From Octopus sinensis (Eukaryota): 64,000 nt of DNA. The DNA lies in assembly GCF_006345805.1 (NCBI RefSeq), contig NC_042997.1, positions 158,720,001 to 158,784,000 of the forward strand. The letters run 5' to 3'. The position numbers and the translations under genes were made by a program. This document shows positions 27,240-39,187 of the stretch, in pieces. Every line of letters starts with the position of its first letter. The stretch's first letter is position 1. The notes beneath the pieces were generated by a model, which was not told the DNA's origin, did not search any database, and saw nothing but the letters and a program-made list of their open reading frames with translations.

Positions 27240-27478
27240 AAGGCGGCGAGTTGGCAGAATCGTTAGCACGCCGGACGAAATACGTAGCCGTATTTCGTAT
27301 GCCGTTACGTTCTGAGTTCAAATTCCGCCGAGGTCGACTTTGCCTTTCATCCTTTCGGGGTCGATAAATTAAGTACCAGTTACGCACTGGGATCGATGTA
27401 ATCGACTTAATCCGTTTATCTGCCCTTGTTTGTCTCCTCTGTGTTTAGCCCCTTATGGGTAGTAAAGAAATAGGTATT
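27240..27478 (+). mobile_element. OR2-like tRNA-derived SINE, full length, long-tail variant
   Basis: AAGGCGGCGAGTTGGCAGAATCGTTAGC (A-box-like)...GAGTTCAAATTCC (B-box)...GGTCGACTTTGCCTTTCATCCTTTCGGGGTCGATAAATTAAGTACCAG...GTAGTAAAGAAATAGGTATT. Confidence 0.9.
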
Positions 27479-27789
27479 ATCAATGTCATTATCGTTGCTT
27501 TTACCGTTGTTGTTTTTCGTGGTGGTGGGGTCAACATTATTGCTACTGTTATTGCTACTTTAAGCTACTAAGAATGCGTATGGCAACTTGAAGATTCACC
27601 CACCACACGCGATAGACTGACGGTTGCACGGACGCGAAAGCTACGTTGTTATCCTCATTCCGTAAACGGCGGCTTTTAACGGGTGGAGAGCTGAACCATC
27701 CTGGGGTACATAGGATTCGCAATCTAGACTAAGGTCTGAAAGTTTACCACACCATAGTGGGTTACATCATGGTTCCTCTGCTTTGTGGC

Positions 27790-27973
27790 AGAAGTAGGAA
27801 GAAAGAGTGAGAGAAAGTTGTGTGAATGAGTACAACGGTGTTAACCCCCACCCCCGTCGGAGCCTCGTGGAGCTTAGGTGTTTTTGCTCAATAAACACTC
27901 ACAATGCCCTGTCTGAGAATCAAAACCGCGTTCTTACGACCGCGAGTCCGCTGTCCTAACCACTGGGCCATTG
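27790..27973 (-). mobile_element. Third tRNA-derived SINE family (C), partial
   Basis: Minus strand CAATGGCCCAGTGGTTAGGACAGCGGACTCGCGGTCGTAAG...AGCTCCACGAGGCTCCG; homologous to 51714-52012. Confidence 0.8.
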
Positions 27974-28899
27974 TTCATCCACATTGTTGGTGTTGACGTT
28001 GTTACTGTCACTTTTGCTATTGTTCTTATTTTTACTCAGGCCTAGATCAAAAACGTACCACCTGTGATACCAACCTCTCATGCTGAGAGATACGCAGGAC
28101 TATATTATGTACCGCACTCTGTTCTCCCATAAGATAACAGTGTGTGTAATTTACAGAAAATATGTTTGCTATTTCTAGCAATTCTTTCGACCAGTTAAAA
28201 GCGCCTTAATCGGCCCATATTTAGAGGTTTCCCGTCTCTCATACAGACGCTCACCAATTCCATTTTCTTTGAAGCATATCTAACATATACAACCTATTAT
28301 TACTTGTAACATTTCCACACACCTCCACTTTCGGCCTGATCTATATTCCCAGCGCTAACCTTTACAGATATCATTAGCACAACCACATAACTAATACATC
28401 ACAGCCCTGCACCCCCACCACACACCCCACCTCTGCTTTCATTATTTCTTCCAGTGCTACTTCTGTTAAGAAACTTGTCATCGTCATTGAACTAACTAGT
28501 ATGCCTCAACACTTCTACACGACGTGCTAGAAATAACAGTCAAGGCCACTAGAAATTTTATTCCTCAACGTCTTTAAAGCCAAGAAACATTAGACAATGT
28601 AAACGTAAGCGTGATACAGCTGAAATAAACACGGGATGGTAAAGCCTGGGAGGTCTTTCACTATTGGTCAGCTCGAGTAGGGCTTAAATATTAACGTTAA
28701 CAGCAACACCGACTATAACAACATTACATTATTCACCAGCCAATAAGAAAGCAACTTATTGTCGTAATGAGCAACGAGGATACTTCTAGCGGTTGCACAA
28801 CTTCCTAGAAATAGAAATCAAATTCCCCTCAAGGCCTTCTTCAAAAGTGGACGGACATATTGGATAATACAGTTCCAGATGATACGCAATGTGTTTTAT

Positions 28900-28934
<35 letters not shown>

Positions 28935-28936
<2 letters not shown>

Positions 28937-29147
28937 AAGTTAATCCAAACAAGGAAACACAGAAAAAAAGAGAAAAAAACACAGCAACGCGAGGACGTGG
29001 AACAATTAAAGTATTATTGACGCTCAGGAAAGAAGGGAAGGAGGTTTTAACGTTTCGAGCGGAGCTCTTCGTCGGAAACAAGAAGAAGGAAAGATCCCAA
29101 GAAGGGAAGACAGAGGAAAAAATATTTTTGCTGGTGGTGCTCAAGAG

Positions 29148-29150
<3 letters not shown>
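28935..29150 (-). mobile_element. Penelope-like terminal remnant with minimal hammerhead-like motif (29044-29079)
   Basis: Minus strand GTTT-CCGACGA-A-GAGC-TCC-GCTC-GAAACGTTA-AAAC: stem I GTTT/AAAC, 4 bp stem II, palindromic AACGTT in place of stem III; flanked by (TA)n on both sides. Confidence 0.55.
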
Positions 29151-29232
<82 letters not shown>

Positions 29233-29349
29233 TACGCACACTTGTCAAACACATACACACTCGCACATGTGTAAGACGAGGCAGTCACGTAAGGAATGTC
29301 ATTGATCATGGCTGTGCTTGATGAAAACTGAACATGGTGCAAATAATAA

Positions 29350-29758
29350 TGCTTTCTACTATAGGCACAAAGCCTGCAGTTTGGGGGTAGGGGACTAGTT
29401 GATTACATCGATCCCAGTGCTCAACTGATACTTAATTTATCGACCCCGAAAGGATGAAAAGCAAAGTCGACCGCGACAGCATTTGAACCCATAAGCTAAC
29501 GACGGGCGACCACAGCCAAGTACCTCGTTCAGCGCGCTAAAAATTCTTTTCTACTATAGTCACAGGCCTGGATTTTGCGGGGAGGGGGATAGTCGATCAC
29601 TTCGACTCCAGCACACAACTGGTACTTGATTTATCGGCCTCGGAAGAATGAAAGGCAAAGTCGACCTCGCTGGAATCTGAACTCTGAAGGCAACGACGGG
29701 TGAACAACTGCCAAGCACCTCGTCCAACGCGCTAACAATTCTGCTAGCTCGCCGCCTT
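29350..29758 (-). mobile_element. Two tandem OR2-like SINEs (short-tail variant)
   Basis: Two successive copies of ...GAAAGGATGAAAAGCAAAGTCGACC... / GAAGAATGAAAGGCAAAGTCGACCTCG..., ending in head CTCGCCGCCTT at 29758. Confidence 0.85.
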
Positions 29759-30099
29759 TATGGTGTAAACAATAATAATAGCAATTGTTCTGGACACAGT
29801 ACCAAGTCTTGCTAGAAATAACAGCTGAATTTCGGTTCAGTTGCTCCCAAGAGAGATTCATAACACGATAATAGATTATAAATGTAAGGACACATTAGTT
29901 GGTTGTCCCAGATAAACCCTGAAACAGGTGGAGGCGGTCACGGCTGGAAGAGTCTTCGATTAGACATCTGTTCAGTTAGGGGTGGTAAAAGAGGTATACG
30001 GCAACGAGGCAATATACAGCTGTCCCTGTCATCACCAGCGCACCTTAACGTAATTAAAACGCTCTGCCATTGCACGTGTGTTATAACTAACCACTAACA

Positions 30100-31369
30100 C
30101 CATCACGTATCGTAATACACTTCAACAGCACCTCTTGTAACATAAAAGAAGACTTTCAATATCACCATCTCTACATCCACCTACACTACCGCCTGCACCA
30201 CCATCGTCGTTGCTATTATCAAGTGTACCAGCACCACCAGCACCAGAACTACAACCACCTACAACCACCGCCACTATCATTATCACCATCAATACCATTG
30301 CTTTTACTGCTGCTTTCACTTCTACAACAAGCATTATCACCATTATCACCATTATCACTATTATCGCTACAATACCTACCATCGCTCTATAACCAATACT
30401 ACAACATGCACCACCATTATTCGACACCACCATCACCACCGCCACCGCCACCAATACCAACACCACTAACATTACCACCATTTCTACCATCCCTAGATCT
30501 CCACAATAAAAACTACCACCGCCACTGCTACTCTCATTGTCATTCTGACCACCATCAATACCACTACAATCGTCACCACCCTCACCACCACTAACACCAC
30601 TACTATCACTACCATCAGGAATATTACCATTTATTCTACCACCACCACAACAACTACCAATACAACTACCACCACACCACAACCATCAATACTACCATCA
30701 CGGCCATCACCATCATCACCACCACCAATGCCACTACTAGCACCCTCACCCTCAATATCACTACCACCATCAATACTACCACCACAACCTTTAACATCTC
30801 CGAAACCAACACTAGCGCCAATACCACTATCAACACCATCACACCTCTACCATACTCACTGCATATACCACTATGTCTTTCACCGCAACCACTCAATCCA
30901 CCACCGCTACTAGCTCCAACACTCTAATCTGGCATTGAAAATCCACTTCACCAATGCTTCAACCATCATCATCAACATCTATACACCAACTACCACCACC
31001 ACCACTACCATCACTGCCATTATCGTCTGCAATCATTCCACACCTTGTTCGCCCGCCCTCTTCTACCGCCCCCTTCGTCTTCTGTTTCTTCCGTGCGGCC
31101 ATCATCAAAAGTACCACTTCGACTTCTGCTACCAATACTATACCATCACAATCATTAATTATTACCAATTATTACCACGGCAGTCGCCCGAACGTGCACA
31201 ACCCTTTATGATGATGATGATGATAATGATGACGACATCGACGATGATGATGATGATGATGATGCTGACGACGAAGACGATGATGATGATGATAATGATG
31301 ATAATGATGGGTATCATTACCATTATCATCGTCGTAACCACCACCACCACCACACGCACCATAATCATC

Positions 31370-31430
<61 letters not shown>

Positions 31431-31910
31431 GAGTCATCTTCGTTATTATCAATTTTCTTCGTCATAATTAACCATTAACACATACTTTTTGATCATCATG
31501 TTTTATTTCCCTCATCACCATCACCACCATCACGAGCATCTTCAAGATCCTCCTCATCTTCATTATCATTATTATCACCATCGCCGTCATCGTCGTCATC
31601 GTCTTCGTCGTCGTCGTCGTCATCATCGCTGGTTCCATAAATGTCATCAGCTGCTGCTACAAACGCAATCACCGACAACAACAGCTGCACCGACGCTACC
31701 GTCATCGCCCCGACAGATTCCCACCACCACCACCTCCGCCGCCAACCTAACACCAACATAAAATCCACTGTCGCTGTCGCTACCATCGCTATCATCACAA
31801 AGCTTACAATAACAACCACCTTCATTATCAACATACCACCACCACCAACACCTCTTCTACTATCATTATCACTCCGCCACCGCCACCTCCAATATCACCT
31901 CTACTGCCAT
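30100..31910. repeat. Degenerate trinucleotide tract (ACC/ACT/GAT/CAT)n
   Basis: Continuous low-complexity sequence yielding poly-T/P/H/I/M/D ORFs in several frames on both strands. Confidence 0.85.
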
Positions 31911-32355
31911 TCTATAAAGTTCAATACTTCGCACGATATCCTGTGCAGAAGTCGTGATTGTGTGTTGTTCGCCGTCAACGTAGTTGTTGTCAAACGTCTG
32001 TCATTGGGTGTCTATGAAGTGATGGCGGTGCGTAGTGGTGGTTGCAGTATGTGGGTGTTTTCGTTCCTGATGTTGTTATCTCTTAACGTCGGTTAACCCT
32101 CAGCAGACACGTTACCATATGTATATCGGCTAGGACTATAAATATGTGTGTGTGTGTGTGTATGCAAGCGTGTGTGTCAGTGTGTGTATGTGTGCCTGTG
32201 TGTATGCATGCATGTGTGCATGCGTGTGTGTGCATGCGAGTATCTGTGTGAGTGTATGTATATATATATATATATGTGTGTGTAAAAAGAGAGGGATACG
32301 TATGAACATCAGCATCTTCATTTCATATATATATCTATATATAAAACAATAATAA

Positions 32356-32604
32356 ATGCGCTCTTTTTAAAACCTAGCCAGGCTCATGGGCCCGGTTTCC
32401 TCTGTTTCTATGGCGTATGTGTTCCCCAGCTGAACGGGACGCCAGTCCATCGCAGCGTTACTCATTTTTACCAGCTGAGTGAACTGGAGCAACGTGAAAT
32501 GAAGTGTTTTGCTCAAGAACACAACGCGTCGCCTGGTCCAGGAATCAAAACCACAATCTGACGATCATGATGCTGATACCCTAACCACTAAGCCACGCGC
32601 CTCC
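32356..32604 (-). mobile_element. Fourth tRNA-derived SINE family (D)
   Basis: Minus strand GGAGGCGCGTGGCTTAGTGGTTAGGG...GGTTTTGATTCCTGG...TTGCTCCAGTTCACTCAGCTGGTAAAAATGAGTA...GCGATGGACTGGCGTCCCG; tRNA-like A/B boxes; same head start as family C, different body. Confidence 0.75.
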
Positions 32605-32644
32605 ACATATCTGAATATAACTATATCTATATGTTGGATATATA

Positions 32645-32712
32645 ATGGCGGTGCTCCAGCATCGCCACAGTCATTCGACTGAACATATAAAGGAATAAAA
32701 AATAAAAGAATA
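32645..32712 (+). mobile_element. OR1-like SINE 3' tail fragment
   Basis: GGCGGTGCTCCAGCATCGCCACAGTC...GACTGAA + A-rich tail; a similar fragment lies at ~48905-48975. Confidence 0.65.
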
Positions 32713-33289
32713 TGTATATCTATGTGTGCATGTGTGCATAGATGCACATATATTATGCAATATGTCAGTATTTTCTTTAAAACGTTAAAACGTGATGTGC
32801 ATAAGATTGATTTGTTTGCTGTACTTTCAGCTCCCTTTCTTGCTTGCTTCTCTTAATGTTGTTGCTGTTACAGTAATCTAGGTTAACTCTGAATACGTAG
32901 ATTTAAATTCAAAGATATTTTAGACGTGACCATCCTGTATTAAAACAAGTTTGTGTAACTGTAGTAAATGATCCGATGTATTAGTTCTTTTACCCAACGG
33001 TAGTTCGATATAATTTGATAGAATTTTGGTTGCAATTTCTTACTGGCTGAGAATCACATACAAGCTCAGTCGTTGGGATATTTTCACATATATTGTGGTT
33101 TTGTAGGCCTTAGTCAACCCAATCCCGATATCCGATAGCACATAGAAAAGTATTACTGTGTAGTTTTGGATCAACTATGATTGTAATACTATGGTGAGTG
33201 AGCAGTTAAGAGTATGATGCGGTGTGACCCATAGTTATAAAATCTTTTCATCTATAATGAGGACCGTATGAAGCGATAAAAGAGCAAAA

Positions 33290-33495
33290 TCGTCAGCATT
33301 CTGGACAAAATACTTAGCGGCATTTCGTCCGTATAGACTCTATACGTTCTGATCTCAAATTACGCGAGGTATATTTTGCCTTTCATAATTTCAGGATTGA
33401 TGGAATAACAACCAGTCAAGTACTGGAGTCGATGTAATCGACTTACCCCTTCCCCTTAAAAACTGTTGGCCCCGTACCAAATTTTGAAACCACCA
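33290..33495 (+). mobile_element. OR2-like SINE, degenerate short-tail variant
   Basis: GGACAAAATACTTAGCGGCATTTCGTCCG...GTCGATGTAATCGACTTACCCCTTCCCC...CCAAAATTTTGAAAC. Confidence 0.75.
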
Positions 33496-33569
33496 TGAGG
33501 ACCAAAATAGCACGTTCCGACAAGATGTGAAAAATTGCTTGACTATTTTGCATTCTCTGGACAAGCTTG

Positions 33570-33900
33570 GCATCTTACGTTTGTACATCATCGGAGTTGA
33601 GCAAGATGGACGCGTCGTTTCTTTGCACTTATTATAGCTGATATGTATCCTCATCGCAATGTTTGGCGACAATAATACTATTGCCGATGCAGTTATTTCT
33701 GTGTATATAAATGTCACTTATGTTTGCTCGGGTTGAATAATTGGAACATGTGTTTTTAAGATGGTATACTAGCGTTCTACAGAGTTCTATATGAGTTCGG
33801 TTGTTTGGAAGGCATTTTCCCATGTAGATGAGACTGCGGTAATGAGAGTTGTAGCTTGCCACAGTGCATGTTTCAATGTATAGTTAGCCTATGAGTATTT
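33570..33900 (-). mobile_element. Degenerate Penelope-like 3' end
   Basis: Broken translation ...ELCRTLVYHLKNTCSNYSTRANIS weakly resembles the CxLC..EK..IL...LLN.R.E terminus of the PLE GIY-YIG region; a decayed hammerhead-like motif CCGATGA-TGTAC-AAACGTAA lies downstream (33574-33597). Confidence 0.4.
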
Positions 33901-33930
33901 GTGTGACATTCTTTTCTACTCTAGAAAAAA

Positions 33931-34281
33931 GGCCCAAAATTGTTGGGTAGGGGACCAGTTGATTATATCGATCCCAAGACGCAACTGATACATAATTTAT
34001 CGACCCCGGCGGAATTTGAACTCAGAACGTAAAGGCAGACGAAATACCTATTTCTTTGCTACCCACAAGGAGTTAAACACAGAAAGGACAAACAAGGACA
34101 GACAAACGGATTAAGTCGATTATATCGACCCCAGTGCGTAACTGGTACTTATTTAATCGACCCCGAAAGGATGAAAGGCAAAGTCGACCTCGGCGGAATT
34201 TGAACTCAGAACGTAGCGGCAGACGAAATACGGCTACGCATTTCGCCCGGCGTGCTAACGTTTCTGCCAGCTCGCCGCCTT
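33931..34281 (-). mobile_element. OR2-like SINE dimer (full copy fused to a headless, internally deleted copy)
   Basis: The tail AAGAAATAGGTATT runs directly into the internal TTCGTC at 34038-34048. Confidence 0.85.
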
Positions 34282-34479
34282 TTTTGTATGACTTATGATA
34301 TGAATTGTATTGTTACATATACGTGTTCTGTGCACTTTATTAGGATTTCTTTAGAAAGATTGTGACCACAGGTAGGACGAGCATAGAGCCTTATGACGGA
34401 TCTCTTTTTCGTTTACGCACGATGCTTTTTGGCCGAAAGTAGTACCGGTGGCTATCTTTGATCATTCGTTTTGATTTGT

Positions 34480-34800
34480 TTTCTTTACCATGTGTGCCGA
34501 GTGCTTTGAGTAAACTTCCCTATAATCTTTTGGTGTGGGTGCAAGCAGGTTAAAAAGATTGGGTGACATAGAGGGTCCCTATTGTATTCTTTTCAAAATG
34601 TTGCTGTTAGGTACTAAATAAAACAAATTCTAAACAAGTAGCTTGCGAGCCAGCGTCTTGTATTTCTTAAGATTGTGCCAAGCATTTTTGCATGTATACG
34701 GTAGTTGAAATAAGTGCGGGACATTTTACTTCTTTCTGTATACTATCATGTATTTACAATGAGAAATCTGTGAGCAACGTGATTGTCATGTGCAGCAGAG
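34480..34800 (-). pseudogene. Degenerate LINE RT fragment (CR1/L2/Jockey-like)
   Basis: Broken frames LGTILRNTRRWLASYLFR and Q*GPSMSPNLFNL resemble the G...L.WI.SYL..R and PQGS.LSP.LFN motifs. Confidence 0.4.
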
Positions 34801-35559
34801 TTGTGCTTTGGAGTAGCTTGGTATTTTCTAACTGTTCTAGAACTGGCTTGTTTGCTCGACATTAGATATGTTTTAATTCAGCTCAGATTCTAGATTATTA
34901 CGTAACTTAAATGAGGATGTTATAGTGACAAGGAAGATTAATAGGCTTGAGTTGTTAGTTCGTCGAATACTTTGTGTTATTTGTTCCGGCTCTAGACACA
35001 CTGAGTTTGAATCCTACCGGGGTTAACATTTTCTATCAACCTTTAGTAGTCGATATATAAAATACCCATGCAGGGCAATAACTTGCTGGAATTATTAAAG
35101 CGCCAGACAAGATATCTTGCTGCATCTGTTCTGGCTTTTAGCATTACGTTTGTAACAGCATCGATGTCACTGCTGCCAAGTTATAACGTTGCCTCTGCCC
35201 TTCCTTTAGACAACATCGATGACGTAGAGCAGGGACCCTGGCATCCATGATCAACTGCTGGTCTTATCCCCAAAAATTCTTGACCAGGACTTCGCCATGG
35301 AGAATTTTCAAGGTGTATATCTCCGGCTTTACGAGATATTGGAGGATGCCGGATATTGAGACAAGGGGCATCATATGATCGTTGTTATTCATGCTGCTGA
35401 CGACATTTATTACCCTATAAAGTTCTTTGTTGTTAGTTTAGTGGTTTTATTTTGAATACAAATGTTTGCTAGTTTTCTGTACCTTTTTGTACATATATGT
35501 ATATAAATATATATATATATATATTGTTTTGTAATTGTTCGGTTCAGAGTTTTATATCG

Positions 35560-36050
35560 TTTGTGTTTGGTTTTGAAGAATTGTGTTTAATTTTGGTTTT
35601 TAAGAGATTGTTTAGTTTAAAGAGGCTGGCTATTGTTTGTATTTAATAGGAGTCAAGTATTTTATGCTGTCTTTTGGGTTGTCTAATATAATGCTGCGTT
35701 TAATGTACTACTGTGTCTAGGTTGGTGATTGTGCTTGAAAGTAAAATTCTTTGATCCCGACTTGATGAAAATAGTTGTTTCTTGAAATTGTTATTTTTTT
35801 AACTTTGTACAAATATTTTCCTTTCTTCTTTGATGTGTAAGTGCTTTGTAATAATGATTTTTATATTGTGTAGAAGAGACTCGAGAAATCTTTGCCAATT
35901 GGCTGTTCTAGTAAAGTTTCTGTAACAAGCGATGATATCTAGCGAAGTGTTATAGTTGGCTTACTGAAACATGTGTGTTGGTGTGGTTGGTCTGAGTTGT
36001 AATGGAAGCTTAGTTATGGTGCTACTGTGTTACATCATATGTTAACAATA
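35560..36050 (-). pseudogene. Possible Penelope RT thumb/linker remnant
   Basis: Broken frames HYNSD... and KISRVSST...YYKAL weakly recall the PLE SNHP...RIS.LSS...Y..AL segment. Confidence 0.3.
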
Positions 36051-38289
36051 CGATATAAGTGCCTATGGTTGTAGGGGTAGGGATGATGGGGAATTTCTTA
36101 AGCTCTTCTTTTGACCATCATTGTAATATTGTTATATATGATTGTCTTAGTTGTTATGAAGGCTAACAACAACAGGGGTTACCCAAACAACAAACCAAGA
36201 GAGAGAGAGAAAACGAGAGAGAGTGAGTGAGAGCAAGCAAGAACCCTAACCCTAACCCTCCGCCTGCTAGAAATGGCAGAAAACCTTCTTCCATATCGCA
36301 TCTCACCATCTTACAAACGGGGAAGACACTTTAGTATTCTGTTGTGTCTGGAGAGAGTCATTTTCTTTTTGTGTCTTATAATTTAACACACTCACCGGTA
36401 AAATTTCCATTTATTTCTTATTTTTATTTTTATTTTTATTCTTATTCGGTGAGTGTGTTAAATTATAAGACACAGAAAGAAAATGACTCTCCCCAGACTC
36501 AACAGAATATGCTTCAACACACGAAGTCACACAAAGAATCTTGCAAACCAAATCCCAAAACGAAACACTTTAGTATTGTTGCAACTGAAAGGAAAACATT
36601 GAGAGGTTACAGCTGAAACGCCTCTAATCATATGTCTATTCGATCAATTCTTGCCTGGGGTTGGACAACAATAACTACTGCTAACAAAATATAGAAGTGT
36701 AGTTATTATTGTTTCCGGGGTAGTTGTTGCTGTTGTCGGTGTTACTCTTCACTTGCAATTCTTGTTCATTGTTTTGTAATTGTTGTTTAGTTCCAGATCG
36801 TTCCTAACCAAGCAGGCCTATCATCAAAGCCCTAGGATATACTGTTTTTCTAAGTGTATCTAAGAATGAATCTATTAATGAATCCTTCCAATTTTGTAAG
36901 ATTCTAAGATATGATTTCAGTAAGATTTGGCAGCTAAATTTAACGAGTCAAGCGACTGTGTTTAGTCTTTGTCGTTGGCTCCTTTTGCGATCTCATAATT
37001 TGTGTTGTAGATGTTTATTTTCTTTTCGTTCTTCAATCTGTTAAAGTCATTTATTAAAAATGTTGTCATTGTCAGTATTTTTATTGTCAAGTTCTTGTTA
37101 TTTCTATTGTTGTTGTTGTTGTTAATTTTAATTATTCTTGTCATTGTCATTAGAATCACTTATTCTTGATTTTTGCCGTGTTGATGTTTAAACCAATGCA
37201 GCTCTTCTAATTAAAAGTATGTCAGCCATGTTCACCCTGCCTTTATTCAGCTATTACGTACTTCAGTGTATAGCGGAGAAAGACATGATTTGGAGAAGTA
37301 TTTGTTTGCTATTTTTAGCACATCAAATGGATGTCAGATATGTTTTCCAACCTTGTCTCGCGTTAATGATTACGCTTGGATTTTGCTCATGCCACTAACA
37401 TTTTAAACGTTCTTGCAAAAGCTGCAGTTTCTTTTACTAAAGATATCAACACGGTCGTTATTGCTGTTGTCATCGATGATATCCTTGTTGCCATCGTTGC
37501 TATTGTTGATGACAAACATATGGATGCTGTCAACACTGTTGGTATTGTTGTCATGTAACAATCATTACTACCATCACTATTGTCAGTGTTGCTAATGCTA
37601 TCATTACTGACATTAACTCATTGCTATTGCTGTCAACGGTAATGCGACAATTGCTCTCATTTTTACTACAGGTTTTATCGTTCTAATCAAACGTTCTTCG
37701 TTCAACCAACAATATAGCCGTAACTTTCCCATATTTTGTTAATTTTCAGACATAATGCATCTTGTCCATTATAATTCATGGCGTTGTTTCTCTTTTTTTC
37801 TTGAAGTGATAAGGACTAATTTTTAGGAACCTTTGGTAATTTTTTTAGTAGTTGAATTGAGTACGTATACGATTGACGGTCATAATTGCTGTTTTAATTT
37901 CTGTAGGAATATAGAGAGCCTCTCTTTGTTGCCGGCATTTCTACAGCTATTAGATACAGCTATAAGTTGAGCAGCCATGTTAGGTTGTTACATCTCTAAA
38001 GTATATTTTATCGAAGCTCGTGTTGAGTATTGGGATACAATAAGGATGTTATTTCAAAAATTACGTTCCACAAGTAGAATTTAACATCTATATTTTAGAA
38101 AATATGGACATATTTTCAATATCAATATATCAACTGATGACTATTTCTCTGTGGCAAATGTTGTTGCTTCTGTGACACAATTCATGCAAAAAATTTTCAT
38201 TTAGGTTTGGGAATTTTGTTTTCATCTAATGAGCATCAGGGTGGTGGAGATATTAGTCAAGTCTCATGAAAGGATGCCTTTATAATGGT

Positions 38290-38712
38290 TTCAAATTTTA
38301 GAACAAGGCCAGCAATTTCGAAGGAGGGGATAAGTTGATTACATCGCCCCCAGTGCTCAATTGGTACTTATTTTATCGACCCCCAAAAGGATGAAAAGCA
38401 ACGTCGAACTCGGCGGATTTTTCATCGCTGTGCATAAAGACGGACTAAATGCCACAAAGCATTTTGCTCGGCGTGCTAACGATTCATATTTCTTTAGTGC
38501 CCACAAGAAGCTACACACAGAGGGGACAAACAAGGACAGATAAACGGATTAAGTTGATTATATCGACCCCAGTGCGTAACTGGTACTTATTTAATCGACC
38601 CCGAAAGGATGAAAGGCAAAGTCGACCTCAGCGGAATTTGAACTCAGAACGTAGTGGCAGACGAAATACTGCTAAGCATTTCGCCCGGTGTGCTAACGAT
38701 TCTGCCACCTTG
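38290..38712 (-). mobile_element. Nested OR2-like SINEs (long-tail copy joined into the head of a short-tail copy)
   Basis: Tail ...CACTAAAGAAATA is followed immediately by TGAATCGTTAGCACGCCG of a more diverged copy. Confidence 0.85.
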
Positions 38713-39187
38713 GCGTCCCCTTATATATTGACCAATACTCTCATGAACAGTGATAACATTTTAAATGTTCTGAGGAGATATATTATTTTCTTGACTCTAC
38801 TTTTGTAATAATATTTCTCTGTCTTCATTTGGTTTTCTTTTAAGCTGCTCACTTCGAATACCATTCTTATTTCTGTACCATATTCTTACCCGGTTTTACC
38901 ATTATAAGGGGTCCAAAGTCTAGTGTCTTTCGTTATGAAATCGATATAATTGTGGTATATTCTCCTTATTTATGTCTTTTGATTGCTCGTTTCCTTATGA
39001 CATATTCTTCAACTATCACTACGATTAACACACATACACACGATTTAATATTTCGTTTAGGTATTGCGGTATTAATAACCATGTGTAAAACACATTATAC
39101 ACATACTACTCTGAACGAAGGAGTAAACGATTATCTTATGAACTTCACTATCTTACTGTCGTTTCTGCTAAAAATGGTGTGGACACG

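Noticed and set aside
27618-27645. CTGACGG...CGAAAG as a hammerhead
   Set aside because: A9 is replaced by G and the stems do not pair.
30122-32096. Gly/Thr/Pro/His/Met-rich ORFs suggesting mucin- or reflectin-like proteins
   Set aside because: Open in several frames on both strands, as expected for trinucleotide low-complexity DNA; no reflectin or other motif.
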